A stretch of 57,942 bases of DNA from the NCBI GenBank assembly GCA_043718025.1, contig JAYSWN010000135.1, forward strand, positions 1-57,942, given 5' to 3'. The position numbers were made by a program, and so were the translations under genes. The DNA comes from Pseudomonadota bacterium. GTDB taxonomy: Bacteria; Bdellovibrionota; FAC87; UBA2466. The stretch's first letter is position 1, and each line of letters begins with the position of its first letter. Of this stretch, positions 29,835 through 40,087 are shown piece after piece. The notes beneath the pieces were generated by a model, which worked only from the letters and a program-made list of their open reading frames with translations, was not told the DNA's origin and did no database searches.

Positions 29835-30419
29835 CCATTTTTCGCGGTTAGGCAGTTTATCCCCAAGGCGCTCCTTGAAAATTAAAAAGGCACGTGCGGT
29901 CAGCTTTACGTCGCCCAATGAGCGATGCCGCTCACTAGATTTGATCGTAAGGTTGAGGCGCTTACAGATGATGTCGAGGTTGTGGGTACTTTCATCAGGG
30001 TAACATCGTCGCGAAAAATGGATGGTGTCATAGACCTCAAGCTGTTTCTTGAGCTTAAACTGCACCAGGTATTTAGATACGAACGACATGTCGAACTTAG
30101 CGTTCTGCGCAACGAGATAGGCACTGCCGCAGAAATTCAAAAACTCGGGAAATACCTGTTCGATGGTGGGCGCGCTAGCCACCATCTCATTCGTGATGCC
30201 GTTGATTCGAGTGGCCTCGGGCGAGATCAGACGCTTGGGGTTGATCAGGCTATGGAAGATCTTTTCTTCATCGAGCTGATCACCAAAAATCCGCATGGCC
30301 GCCACCTCGATCACCTCATCCCCGCCCCAGGGGGAAAGACCAGTGGTTTCAAAGTCGAAAACTACATATTCATCGAGGGCCAGGCTGAGTTGCATCGTTT
30401 TCTCCGGGGAATCCTTCAT
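29826..30419 (-). CDS. DEDDh 3'-5' exonuclease (DnaQ/PolC exo-like)
   Basis: VVFDFETTG, NAKFD and HRSLGDV. Confidence 0.93.
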   Translation of the reverse strand: MKDSPEKTMQLSLALDEYVVFDFETTGLSPWGGDEVIEVAAMRIFGDQLDEEKIFHSLINPKRLISPEATRINGITNEMVASAPTIEQVFPEFLNFCGSAYLVAQNAKFDMSFVSKYLVQFKLKKQLEVYDTIHFSRRCYPDESTHNLDIICKRLNLTIKSSERHRSLGDVKLTARAFLIFKERLGDKLPNREKWSV

Positions 30420-30506
30420 AAGTAAAAAATCGCAAGGCTTCGGTCAAGCAGGGGCTGTGGGCGCAGTGAGCCAAGTTGGACAAAAAGAGCCTGGATGGGG
30501 TAGTAC

Positions 30507-31340
30507 ATGGCGAGCTTTGGAGAACACATGGTCAACGATATCAATTACCTCGAGCCGCGCTTTCGGCCGAGCGAAATGGAACACAAATACGGCAAGCAAG
30601 TTCACATTTCGAACGACCCCTACCTGTTCACCACCTTAGCCAAACTTTGTGAAGCCCAAACTACCCAACCGCTGATCAATCAGCTGCTCGACAAGCTCTA
30701 TCGTGACCTCGTGAAGACCGTGATGAATATTGAGTTTCGGACGGTGCGAAGTACGGTCGAAACTCGCATGGCGACGTTGCACCCCGAAGGAAAGTTTTTG
30801 GCTACCGTGATCGACCCGCAAACCAAAGTTGTTTGCGTTGACCTGGCGCGGGCCGGAACGGTGCCCTCGCAAATTTGTTTCGACGCCTTTAATTACATGT
30901 TGAATCCAGCCGGGGTGAGGCAGGACCACATTTCAATTAACCGTAAAATTGATGACAATGAAAAGGTGATTGGCACCGACTTAGGTGGAGTAAAAATTGG
31001 CGGTGATATTACCGGCCGCTTCGTGATCATTCCCGACCCGATGGGCGCCACCGGTTCTACCATTGAGTCGGCGATGGCCGTGTATTCGGGCAGAGGAACT
31101 CCCGCTCGTTTTATCGCCATGCACCTTATCGTTACGCCTGAGTATTTAGCCCGCGTTACAAAACGCTACCCCGATTTAAAAATTTATGCGATTCGGCTCG
31201 ATCGCGGCCTAAGCGACTCGGCCGTGCTTAAGACGGTGGCGGGAACTCACTGGGAAAAAGAAAAAGGTTTGAACCCAAAGCATTACATCGTGCCGGGGGC
31301 CGGCGGTTTGGGTGAGGTCATTAACAACTCCTATGTTTAG
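30507..31340 (+). CDS. upp: Uracil phosphoribosyltransferase
   Basis: LARAG, the PRPP loop IIPDPMGATGST and YIVPGAGGLG. The start may be ATG 30528. Confidence 0.85.
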   Translation: MASFGEHMVNDINYLEPRFRPSEMEHKYGKQVHISNDPYLFTTLAKLCEAQTTQPLINQLLDKLYRDLVKTVMNIEFRTVRSTVETRMATLHPEGKFLATVIDPQTKVVCVDLARAGTVPSQICFDAFNYMLNPAGVRQDHISINRKIDDNEKVIGTDLGGVKIGGDITGRFVIIPDPMGATGSTIESAMAVYSGRGTPARFIAMHLIVTPEYLARVTKRYPDLKIYAIRLDRGLSDSAVLKTVAGTHWEKEKGLNPKHYIVPGAGGLGEVINNSYV

Positions 31341-31848
31341 TATTTTCGGCGTCGCGTTTTTTGGAATCGTGCTGGCGATTTTCTTGGCGATTTTTATCAC
31401 CAAGAATCCCGCGCCTGGTGTAGTGACGGCAGTTCCGCCAGAAGAGGATTACGATAGAGATGCGGAGCTTAAGCGTAAGGTAACGCTCGAAGATTTGTAC
31501 CGCCTCGGCGAAGCCTTGCTGAAAGAACACAAGCTTGAGCTGATAGAAAAACGCCAGCAGACCGAGCACGAGGTTTATTGGATTGCTCAGAGCCGGAGCG
31601 AGTTTTTTTACGGCAATTACGTGTTGGGATTTGTTCAAGTTCCCGAGGACCGTCCTTTTTACACTATGAAGGAGCTGCTTGAGTTCAAAGATTTTGTGAA
31701 GAGCTCGACCAGCGCCAAGGGTTTTATGTTTATTACGGGGTATTTCACGCGGGACGCGCACCAGCCGCTGGAAGGACCTAAGGTTACCCTGTATAACAAG
31801 AGGAAAGTGCTAACTGAACTAGCGTCGCGAAAGGCGACAACAGGATAA
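31333..31848 (+). CDS. Membrane-anchored protein with an Mrr-like restriction-endonuclease fold
   Basis: N-terminal TM and a C-terminal KGFMFITGYFTRDA...VTLYN segment typical of Mrr_cat domains. Confidence 0.55.
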   Translation: MFSIFGVAFFGIVLAIFLAIFITKNPAPGVVTAVPPEEDYDRDAELKRKVTLEDLYRLGEALLKEHKLELIEKRQQTEHEVYWIAQSRSEFFYGNYVLGFVQVPEDRPFYTMKELLEFKDFVKSSTSAKGFMFITGYFTRDAHQPLEGPKVTLYNKRKVLTELASRKATTG

Positions 31849-31851
31849 CTA

Positions 31852-32397
31852 ATGCCATTGCTAAAAGTTGCCGTGATGGGCCACCCCGTTTTACGCGAAG
31901 TCGCAAAGCCGGTGCCCGAGGCAGAAATTAAAACCCCGGAGTTTCAGCAGTTCTTACTGGATATGGCTGAAACCATGGATGAGTACGATGGACGCGGACT
32001 AGCCGCCCCCCAGGTTCACATCAGCCGTCAGGTGGTGTGTTTGATTTGGGACTTTGACCCAGATCGCGAGCCCTACCTCACGTATCTCATCAACCCTAAG
32101 ATCGAGGCGCTTACCAAAGACCTAAATTCCTATTGGGAAGGCTGTCTCAGCGTGCCGGGCCTGCGCGGCCGGGTAAGCCGCCCCAACCGCATTTCGGTCG
32201 AGGCGTTCAACGCCAAAGGGGAAAAAACCAGTTTTATTGCCGAAGGCTTTGCCGCTACCGTGGTCCAACACGAATGCGACCACTTGATGGGTAAACTATA
32301 CCTCGACCGAATGTCCGATATGAGGGATTTTGCCTTTTCCAAGGAGTACCAGAAGTACCATGTCGACCCGAATTCAGGAGCCGATCAGGAAGGGTAA
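31852..32397 (+). CDS. def: Peptide deformylase
   Basis: GRGLAAPQV, EGCLSVP and QHECDHL. Confidence 0.97.
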   Translation: MPLLKVAVMGHPVLREVAKPVPEAEIKTPEFQQFLLDMAETMDEYDGRGLAAPQVHISRQVVCLIWDFDPDREPYLTYLINPKIEALTKDLNSYWEGCLSVPGLRGRVSRPNRISVEAFNAKGEKTSFIAEGFAATVVQHECDHLMGKLYLDRMSDMRDFAFSKEYQKYHVDPNSGADQEG

Positions 32398-32440
32398 AGC
32401 CTCCTGGCCTCCCACCTCTCAGAAAGCAGGCGCCACCGAA

Positions 32441-35119
32441 ATGAAACCCCAAAAAATGGGCCAAAAAGGCCAGCCGCTTAATTATGCACTTTTGAATCAC
32501 TTGGCTGACCGGGCCTTTTTCTTGGCGCTAAAGATGATCGACGTCGCCAATTCCCGACCTGGAGTTGAACGGGGAGAGCCAAAGGTTGGCGGGCACCCAG
32601 CGGCGTGCGCTTCCTCCAAACACATTCTTGCCGCGATTCATTTGGTGCTGAAAGAACCCGAAGACTACATGGCGAATAAGCCACACGTTTCGCCGTTGGA
32701 TCACGGCCTTAATTTCTTGCTGCAGAACTTTCGTGAAGCTGATGGCTCACGCATGAGCTTGGAGCGCTCGCGTATCGCTATGCAGCACCTTCGCCATTAC
32801 TCGTCAGAGGGGCTTCCCGTTTTTCAGTCGTACCATGCGGAAGCTGATCCTGATGGGTACCGATTTTTTCCTTCGGGCTCGGTTGGCATTCCTCCGGTGA
32901 ATGCACTTTACACGGCGCTTGGCTACAAGCTTGCCGAAGATCACGGCATAGAAATCGATGAGAAACCCACTTTCTGGTGTTTGATGGGCGACTCCGAATT
33001 TCGCGAAGGGTCGTTGATGGAAGCAATGCCCGACGCTGGTGAACGGTCGCTTGGCCGATTGGTATGGGTCGTAGATTACAATCGTCAGAATTTGGATGGC
33101 ACGCGCGTAATCAACGAAGACGCCATGCGGGGTACCGATGCCGATCGAATCGTAAAAATTGCCGAGGCCAATGGCTGGAACGCCATCAAACTCAAACACG
33201 GTAAAAAACGCGAACGGGCTTTTGCCCTAAAGGGCGGTGACGAATTCCAACGGGTACTCGATGAAGAGACGACCGACTTTGAGTTTCAAGCGTTGCTCGG
33301 ATCCAAAGATGCCAAGGTCATTAGAAAATCGCTGACGGAAAAATCAGAGAAGCTCGGTAAGTTTTTAAAACAGTTTGATGACGAAGAGCTGGTCGACTTA
33401 TTTTTCAACTTGGGCGGCCACGATATGGAGAGCCTTATTGAAGTGCTACGGGCCGGAAAGGCGAGTGAACACCGTCCCACTTTAATTGTGGCCTACACTA
33501 TCAAAGGGCACGGATTGGAATGTGCGGCGTTATCTGGCAATCATTCGATGTTGCCTGAAGAGGAAGAGCTGCGCGCCATTGCCAAGAACTACGAAATGGA
33601 TTTTGACGATCCGTTTCAGCCGGCCGAATCAGGTTCTGAGGCCGAAACCTTTTTGAATCAACGTCGAGCGTATTACGTCGACGGCATCGATCGCGTGATT
33701 CACAACACCGAGACGCGCCGAAGCGAGTGGGCGGCCAAGATGGCAAAGCTCGAATGGCCCGTAGACTTCGATATTACCGCACTGAAGCTCAGTCCAATGG
33801 CCCACACGCAATGGATGTGGGGGCAAATTGCCGCGAAGTTGGACCGCTTGGCCCGTGGGGCGCGCAAGCCAAGTGAAAAAGCAGAAGCCATTATTTCGGA
33901 AAATGATGAGACTTGGAAACAGGTTTCTAAGTTTTTTCTCACCATGGCGCCGGACGTGGGGAGCTCAACCAATACGAGCCCCAATATGAATGGAAAGCTG
34001 TACGGCGACATCGGGCAAGAAGACTTCGAAAAGTCTTATGGCACTAAAGACGATAAGGCCCCCGACGTGGTGCCCCACGCCGACAAACGCTCTGGCCATT
34101 TGCGCTTTGAGATCGCCGAAGGCAATTGCATGTCGGCCGCCGGTTCGTTTGGAAAATTTTGGTACTTCACCGGAGTTCCGTTTTACCCGGCAATGACGAT
34201 TTACGATTTCTTCATCAAACGAGCGCACGATCAGTTCTATTACAACCTGTATTGGCACTCCCACTTTGCCACCATTGGCACACCGAGTGGAATTACGTTG
34301 GCTCCCGAGGGGGCACAGCACTCTTGGAAATCAGACTTTCAGATTCCCAACTGCGTGACGTGGGAACCTTGCTTTGCCAAAGAGCTCGAATGGATGCTGG
34401 CGGATACGTTAAAACGTCATTTCACCGATGACGATATTGCGCGCGAAGCGGTGCTGTTTCGACTGGTGACCAAAGGCATGGCGCAAAAAGACTTTTTGGG
34501 CCGCTTAAAAACCCAAAAGCGTTTCGATGGCCAAACGGAAACCGAAATTCTTTCGGCCATTCGAGAGGATGTTCTGGCCGGCGGTTACGCTTTGGTTCAT
34601 TACCAGGGGGCTGAAGATTATACGCCCGGCGACAATGTGGTGAATCTATTCTCGATGAGTGCCCTGGTAGCCGAGGCTCTGAAGGCCTCCGACGCGTTAC
34701 AAAAACAGGGCATTTTCGCCAATGTTTTTGTGGTCACCAGCCCCGACCTTTTGCTAGGTAATTACGCCGATAAAGACGGTTACGTGCAGCTCAAAGATAA
34801 ATTGGGAGTTAATGGCAACCTGTACCTGAATCGCGGCGGCGAAGTGAGCACTTCGGCCGATTGGGTGTCGGCGCAAGGGGCGCGCATTCCCATTGTTTCG
34901 GTTCACGATGGGGAGCCCGGTCTGCTCGATAACATTGGTTCGATTGTGGGCACTCAGCAGAAGGCGTTGGCGGTAAGAAAGACTTCGAAGTCAGGTACCA
35001 CCGCAGATATCTTCCATCTGCACGGCTTGGACTCAGAAAGTATTCAGCATGCTTGCGTGGCGGCGTTAGAAAGCACGGCGAAAGAGTCTTTCAATTTGAA
35101 TCCTTTGGTCTTGGCTTAA
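32441..35119 (+). CDS. aceE: Pyruvate dehydrogenase E1 component, homodimeric AceE type
   Basis: KVGGH, FQSYH, ThDP motif GDSEFREG...DYNRQNLDG, EIAEGN and TLAPEGAQH. Start is ATG 32441 or 32456. Confidence 0.85.
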   Translation: MKPQKMGQKGQPLNYALLNHLADRAFFLALKMIDVANSRPGVERGEPKVGGHPAACASSKHILAAIHLVLKEPEDYMANKPHVSPLDHGLNFLLQNFREADGSRMSLERSRIAMQHLRHYSSEGLPVFQSYHAEADPDGYRFFPSGSVGIPPVNALYTALGYKLAEDHGIEIDEKPTFWCLMGDSEFREGSLMEAMPDAGERSLGRLVWVVDYNRQNLDGTRVINEDAMRGTDADRIVKIAEANGWNAIKLKHGKKRERAFALKGGDEFQRVLDEETTDFEFQALLGSKDAKVIRKSLTEKSEKLGKFLKQFDDEELVDLFFNLGGHDMESLIEVLRAGKASEHRPTLIVAYTIKGHGLECAALSGNHSMLPEEEELRAIAKNYEMDFDDPFQPAESGSEAETFLNQRRAYYVDGIDRVIHNTETRRSEWAAKMAKLEWPVDFDITALKLSPMAHTQWMWGQIAAKLDRLARGARKPSEKAEAIISENDETWKQVSKFFLTMAPDVGSSTNTSPNMNGKLYGDIGQEDFEKSYGTKDDKAPDVVPHADKRSGHLRFEIAEGNCMSAAGSFGKFWYFTGVPFYPAMTIYDFFIKRAHDQFYYNLYWHSHFATIGTPSGITLAPEGAQHSWKSDFQIPNCVTWEPCFAKELEWMLADTLKRHFTDDDIAREAVLFRLVTKGMAQKDFLGRLKTQKRFDGQTETEILSAIREDVLAGGYALVHYQGAEDYTPGDNVVNLFSMSALVAEALKASDALQKQGIFANVFVVTSPDLLLGNYADKDGYVQLKDKLGVNGNLYLNRGGEVSTSADWVSAQGARIPIVSVHDGEPGLLDNIGSIVGTQQKALAVRKTSKSGTTADIFHLHGLDSESIQHACVAALESTAKESFNLNPLVLA

Positions 35120-35124
35120 GATAC

Positions 35125-36300
35125 TTATTTCAGGCTGGCTAGAGCCGTGGCTGAGAAAAAGTTGATGGGATCCACGGCGCGTCCATTTTCTCGAATTTCA
35201 AAGTAGAGACTCGGCTTTTCGCTGCCGCCGGTGTCGCCCACTAATCCGATTGAATCTCCCTGCATCACCCGGCTACCTTTAACGAGTAGGTTCTTAAAGA
35301 GATGGGCGTTTAGGGTGTAGAGGCCGGCGCCATGGTGAAGGATTACTACGTTACCTAAACCCTTAACCCAACCCTCGTATTCCACAATGCCAGGTAACAC
35401 GGCTTTCACCGGCGTTTGGTAGTCGGTTTCAATTTCGATGCCCTTCCTGAAAACTACCGTTTGAAACGCCCGGTTAATGGATTTTCCAAAATTACCAATG
35501 AGAGCGCCGTTAAGTAGCGGTAATGGCAACTTGCCACGCAGATGCCCAACGCCGTTGGTGAGGCTGATGTCGCTCGCCGCATCGCGTTCAGTTTCTAAGT
35601 CATCAAATAGGCTTGCCACTTGGCGGGAGACCGAGCGGTACTCTTTTACCAGGGACTGATAGCGACCTTGGCGTCTGCCGATGGACTTTAACATCACGTG
35701 TTTTTTATTTAGGAAGCCCGACAAAATGGATTGTTGCTCACCAAGCTCAGTAAGCAGCCGTTGTTGTTCGGTCTTAGCCTGAAGCAGTCTCTTCTCGCTC
35801 TCGGCGAGGCGATTGGTTTTTTCGCTGAATTGGCGGGAGATGATGGTGTGCGACTTTAGCGTTTTCATCAAAATTCGCAGGCGGGCAAAGGCTTGGGTGA
35901 AGCTTTCGCCACGCGACAGAAAGCGGATGAGCCCTTCTTGTTTTAGTTCGTATACCGTTTTTAGCAGACGAAGCAGTTGCTGACGGTACAACACTTCTTG
36001 GGCGCGGTATTTTTCAGTTTCTAGAGAAAGGTTTTCCAGCGCCATGGAGATTTCTTGATGCTCGGACTGAATTTTTTCAACTTTTCCGCGAACGGCATTT
36101 TGGTCGGCATTTAAATGATCAAGCTGCTCCAAAGCATCGCGGCGCTGAGATTCTCGAACGTCAAAATTGGGTCGTTCTCGATCGATGGCGCCGCGAAGTT
36201 CGGCCGCCTTAGTGCGGTCATATTCGGGAATAGAAATATTGGCCTGACTCAAGCAGGAGGCAAGCCCGATTAGTAATGGAGTTACGAACCGGATCTTCAT
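35125..36300 (-). CDS. envC: Murein hydrolase activator EnvC (coiled coil plus degenerate M23 domain)
   Basis: Long coiled coil, KGIEI, GNVVILHH and LYFEIR...VDP; ATGA overlap with ftsX. Confidence 0.88.
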   Translation of the reverse strand: MKIRFVTPLLIGLASCLSQANISIPEYDRTKAAELRGAIDRERPNFDVRESQRRDALEQLDHLNADQNAVRGKVEKIQSEHQEISMALENLSLETEKYRAQEVLYRQQLLRLLKTVYELKQEGLIRFLSRGESFTQAFARLRILMKTLKSHTIISRQFSEKTNRLAESEKRLLQAKTEQQRLLTELGEQQSILSGFLNKKHVMLKSIGRRQGRYQSLVKEYRSVSRQVASLFDDLETERDAASDISLTNGVGHLRGKLPLPLLNGALIGNFGKSINRAFQTVVFRKGIEIETDYQTPVKAVLPGIVEYEGWVKGLGNVVILHHGAGLYTLNAHLFKNLLVKGSRVMQGDSIGLVGDTGGSEKPSLYFEIRENGRAVDPINFFSATALASLK

Positions 36301-37181
36301 CTTTGCGAACCCTGAGCGCGGAAAAAGATTACCGCGGCGCCACTTACGGCCATTAAAACCCCGATGAAATAGACCATGGCGAGCTGCGCTGGGGATAGGA
36401 ATAGCCAGGTTTTGATCCCGAGCAACGAGGTCCATTGCACGCTCAAGATGCCGCCCATCAAAGAGCGGGCAAAGAGCAGCCCACAGAGTGCGCCGGTTGC
36501 GCCGAGCAATCCTTCGACGATGCCTTCCCATAAAAAGGGGGCCAGCACGAAAGTCTCTTTAGCTCCGACGAGGCGAGTGATGTCGACCTCTTCGCGCCGG
36601 GCCTGGTGGCGCATGCCCATGAAGTTGGCGATGATGAAACTGGTGCCCAGCACCACGCTAAAAAGGAGAGCAATGCCTAAGAGGCTCGCAAATTGTTTAA
36701 ATTTTTTGTACTGGGCCAGCCAATCTTCAGAGAAGTCGATCTCTTCGATTTCGGGGTAGGCCTGAATTTCGTTGCGCAGGGCCTTGACTGCGTCGCCCTC
36801 GGTTCCGCGGCTGAATTGAATTTCCATGACGTCAGGAAAGAGTTCGGTGCCCACTACGGGTTCACTGCGATAGCGCGAGAGAAACTCTTTTAGCTCGTTT
36901 GCTACCGAGTCTTTGGACTTATAGGTGGCCGAGTGCACAATCGGTTTTGCCTGCAGCCGATCTTTTAAAGTATCGATTTCGGTTTGAGTGATTCCGGCCT
37001 TTAGGTAAATCGTGCCCGAAATTTCGGCGCCGGGCGCTTCGGCCACGTGTTCTACATTCCGCGAAATTAGAAAGAAGCCGCCGAGTATAAACAGAGCGAT
37101 GGCGAGCGTGCTAATGCTCATCAAATGCACCCATGGGTGACGGTTAAAGTCGCTGGCGATTCTTCTTAGGGAGCGTTTCAT
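36297..37181 (-). CDS. ftsX: Cell division permease FtsX
   Basis: Four TM segments, RREEVDITRLVGA and PFLWEG; follows ftsE. Confidence 0.92.
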   Translation of the reverse strand: MKRSLRRIASDFNRHPWVHLMSISTLAIALFILGGFFLISRNVEHVAEAPGAEISGTIYLKAGITQTEIDTLKDRLQAKPIVHSATYKSKDSVANELKEFLSRYRSEPVVGTELFPDVMEIQFSRGTEGDAVKALRNEIQAYPEIEEIDFSEDWLAQYKKFKQFASLLGIALLFSVVLGTSFIIANFMGMRHQARREEVDITRLVGAKETFVLAPFLWEGIVEGLLGATGALCGLLFARSLMGGILSVQWTSLLGIKTWLFLSPAQLAMVYFIGVLMAVSGAAVIFFRAQGSQR

Positions 37182-37864
37182 TAAACCTCCACCGTTCGGT
37201 CGGCGATTATTTTTCCACGATCTAACTCAATAACTCGGGCCGGGTATTCGGCCATCAAGGCGTCATCGTGCGTGGCGATGAGCACGGTAGTGCCCATTTC
37301 GTGAATTTCGTTGAACAGCGACATGATCTCTCGCGCGGTACGGTTATCTAGATTACCGGTGGGCTCGTCGGCCAAGAGCAGAACGGGCTTGCCAACGATT
37401 GAGCGGGCGATCGCGACACGCTGCTGTTCGCCGCCGCTTAAATTACCCGGATGATCGCTTCCGCGATCGGCCAAGCCAACCAGCTGAAGCGCGCCGCTGA
37501 CCCGGTGTTGAATTTCGGCGGCGGTCATGTCGCGAACTTCGAGCGGTAACCCCACATTTTCGGCGACGGTGAGATCGGGAAGCAGTTTGAAGTCTTGAAA
37601 CACGAAGCCGACTTCGCGCCGAAGCAGCGACACTTTTCCGCGGGGCAGCGCGGTGACCTCACGGTTGTTCACGAGAATGGTACCCGCCGTGGCCTTTTCC
37701 ATCGCAAACAAAACCTTTAAGAGGGTGGTCTTTCCGGCGCCGTTGCTGCCGGTAATGTAGGCGAACTCGCCTCGACCAAGCTCAAAGGTGATGTCATTTA
37801 AGGCGTAGCGGCCGGGAGCGTACTGTTTTTGAACCGCATGGAGGCGGACCATTTTTGCTGACAT
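37181..37864 (-). CDS. ftsE: Cell division ATP-binding protein FtsE
   Basis: [29 protein letters not shown] and ADEPTGNLD. Confidence 0.95.
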   Translation of the reverse strand: MSAKMVRLHAVQKQYAPGRYALNDITFELGRGEFAYITGSNGAGKTTLLKVLFAMEKATAGTILVNNREVTALPRGKVSLLRREVGFVFQDFKLLPDLTVAENVGLPLEVRDMTAAEIQHRVSGALQLVGLADRGSDHPGNLSGGEQQRVAIARSIVGKPVLLLADEPTGNLDNRTAREIMSLFNEIHEMGTTVLIATHDDALMAEYPARVIELDRGKIIADRTVEV

Positions 37865-37986
37865 GGGCAAGGCTCTTTTTGAAAAAGAATCCGAACTTCG
37901 TTGGTAGCGCGAATTGTTGGGGGTTCGGACTCAGTGGTTAGGCTTGAAATCCACTTTCAGTATAGCACAGCGAATGGGATTTCAGA

Positions 37987-38015
37987 TTGCCCGAACGCGG
38001 GGCCGAAAGTATAAG
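37987..38015 (+). promoter_or_regulatory. Sigma70-type promoter of tRNA-Cys
   Basis: TTGCCC-N17-TATAAG, 22 nt upstream of the tRNA. Confidence 0.55.
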
Positions 38016-38037
38016 TATGGGTCCACTCGTTACGTGG

Positions 38038-38108
38038 GGCGGCATAGCCAAGCGGTAAGGCAGAGGTCTGCAAAACCTTTATCCCCGGTTCGATTCCGGG
38101 TGCCGCCT
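38038..38108 (+). tRNA. tRNA-Cys(GCA), CCA not encoded
   Basis: GGCGGCATAGCCAAGCGGTAAGGCAGAGGTCTGCAAAACCTTTATCCCCGGTTCGATTCCGGGTGCCGCCT, with anticodon GCA and a U73 discriminator. Confidence 0.97.
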
Positions 38109-38239
38109 TTTTTATCTGATTCTAGTAACTTAACTCCCCTTCCCCGTCTCCCCTAGCCGCGACAAAAATGGGCAATTGCGGTGATTAGAGCCCTTCTGTT
38201 ATATAACGCGCTGCTCCATAAAAATATTGCGGGTGATTC

Positions 38240-40087
38240 TTGTTCACATTGCCTCGAATTCGAAAGTCGGTTCTTTACCTCCTTTTATTCTGCGTAACGA
38301 CGTCGTCCGTCTCAATTGGTGACCCACCCAAGCCCCAGATTATATCCACACGCAATGCGATCTTTCTGGCCTGTGGGATTGCGTTGTCTAGCCTGGTTGG
38401 TGGGCCGACCACGCCCCTCGCCCCGCCGCACGACAAAGCCGGCACCGCGATTGTTGCTGAACATGAAATTCCGAAGATAGAAGAGATTCGGGCCCAGATG
38501 AATCGGCCGGCTACCAAAGAAGAGCTGGTGGCCAGAGTTAAAGATCTGGAAACGGAAATTAAACTCGGGCGAGTTCAGGGCACCGCCCCGACTCCCTCTA
38601 CCGAAGCCAGTCGCCGAAAAAGCTTTGTCACCGATCTGGTATCGAAAGTTGTCTCCGACAAAAAGTACTTCTACACCGCTCTATCGATGCTGGTGGGGGA
38701 ACTGGTCTTTGTTACGGTGGTCGTGCGTAGAGGCATCGCCAATCGCGCCCAATGGCGACGCCGCATGGTGGTGGGATCAGAGTCCGAGCGCCGCCTTCGT
38801 CGATTTCAAACGGAACTTGATGCCGCAACCCAAGAGCTGCTTGAGGTGCTGCGTATCCAGAGCGAAACCGACCGCCTGAGTCTGCTTAAGGCGATCGATA
38901 AATTTCCGGCCGGAAGCCGAGCAAAAATTGAAGCGGCCCTTAAAAGCCCTAATACTGAGCTGCCTGACGTTACGGCCGAAACGGTTTCATCTGAACCGTC
39001 GTGGGATCGGTTTTTCAACGCCTATCAGAAATGGCAGGAAGCAGTCGAACGAGAGCTTCCCGTTTTGAATGCCGCCGGTCCGAAAGACTGGGTAGCCCCA
39101 GACAAACTTTCTACCCTTACTCAAGAAACCGAAGGTTTGGTTCGACTGGTGACCGGATTAGAATTTAGTTTTCGCACCAACCAGGCCTTTAACGACGCTT
39201 TGAAGCACTTGGATGACGTAGGCAAACGCGAAACCGGTCTGGATCTCACGATCGGACAAAAAGTGCGGCGCCGGTTACGCGACACCCTTTTCTTAATCTC
39301 GGTAGTCGCCATTCCGCTCGTTATCGTGCAGACGATGGATCGCGGCGAAGAGAACGATCGCCGGCGACAGGACATGAATACGGCGGCGCTTGCGGATCGC
39401 CACGACGCTCAGAACTTCATCCCCAGCCTGTTTCGTCCCTTACTGTGGACGGTAGTTGAGGTTTGGAAAACTGAGCCGCGTTTGGCCCAATTTACTTGCC
39501 CTCTCTCGATGAAGCCCGTGGAAGTGGACAACCCCGATCTCACCGTGATTCAAGCGATCGCTTATCAAGTAATTTTAGAGTCGAATGCTCGGGTTGACGT
39601 TACCCAGCCGTTTGAATTTCGCTATGACGAAGACTTCTTTAAACGAGTATTTGATCGGGCGCTCAATTTGAACCCTGCGTTGCAGAAGCTCGATGCGAAG
39701 TCGCGTGCCGTAATCTTGGCCGACATGGCCTTCAAGGCGCGTCGCATTTTTGATGAGCCCAAAGAGCAACTACCATTCTTCAACCCGTTTCAACCTCCGG
39801 TTGGCGCGCTACCTGAAGCGGTGGAACCCGGGCCAAAATTCAATCAGCCGGCAGCCCCGGCGGGCGAAGTGCTGCAGGTAGTTCCGGCCGTGCCGCCACC
39901 TGCGGTGCCTGGCGTGGTACCCGTTACGGAAACACCGGCTGCCAACGGTGAAGTGGCTCCGGCGCCTAAACCAGCTGAAGTGAAACCGCCTGAAGCAGCA
40001 GAGGGAGCAGCAGCAGAAGTGGCTCCACCTGAGGCCGAACCGTCATCCGGACCTCCCGGTCCCGGTCCCGGTCCCGGTCAGTCTTAA
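38240..40087 (+). CDS. Hypothetical membrane protein with a Pro/Ala/Glu-rich C-terminus
   Basis: 615-aa ORF with several hydrophobic segments and helical regions; TTG start uncertain. Confidence 0.75.
   Translation: MFTLPRIRKSVLYLLLFCVTTSSVSIGDPPKPQIISTRNAIFLACGIALSSLVGGPTTPLAPPHDKAGTAIVAEHEIPKIEEIRAQMNRPATKEELVARVKDLETEIKLGRVQGTAPTPSTEASRRKSFVTDLVSKVVSDKKYFYTALSMLVGELVFVTVVVRRGIANRAQWRRRMVVGSESERRLRRFQTELDAATQELLEVLRIQSETDRLSLLKAIDKFPAGSRAKIEAALKSPNTELPDVTAETVSSEPSWDRFFNAYQKWQEAVERELPVLNAAGPKDWVAPDKLSTLTQETEGLVRLVTGLEFSFRTNQAFNDALKHLDDVGKRETGLDLTIGQKVRRRLRDTLFLISVVAIPLVIVQTMDRGEENDRRRQDMNTAALADRHDAQNFIPSLFRPLLWTVVEVWKTEPRLAQFTCPLSMKPVEVDNPDLTVIQAIAYQVILESNARVDVTQPFEFRYDEDFFKRVFDRALNLNPALQKLDAKSRAVILADMAFKARRIFDEPKEQLPFFNPFQPPVGALPEAVEPGPKFNQPAAPAGEVLQVVPAVPPPAVPGVVPVTETPAANGEVAPAPKPAEVKPPEAAEGAAAEVAPPEAEPSSGPPGPGPGPGQS
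40055..40078 (+). repeat. (CCCGGT)4 microsatellite encoding (PG)4
   Basis: Four exact 6-bp units. Confidence 0.9.

Noticed and set aside
29925..30425. 166-aa plus-strand ORF and similar long antisense ORFs elsewhere (e.g. 43133-43615, 47401-47910, 24818-25294)
   Set aside because: Each is antisense to a gene with clear family motifs and has no recognisable features of its own.
32330..36531. Long N-terminal extensions of the aceE and envC ORFs in the supplied track
   Set aside because: They run into neighbouring genes. Downstream ATGs (32441 and 36300) give normal proteins and, for envC, a standard ATGA overlap.
27401..38108. tRNA genes as integration sites of a genomic island
   Set aside because: No integrase or duplicated tRNA 3' end was seen, and the genes between them are mostly housekeeping.
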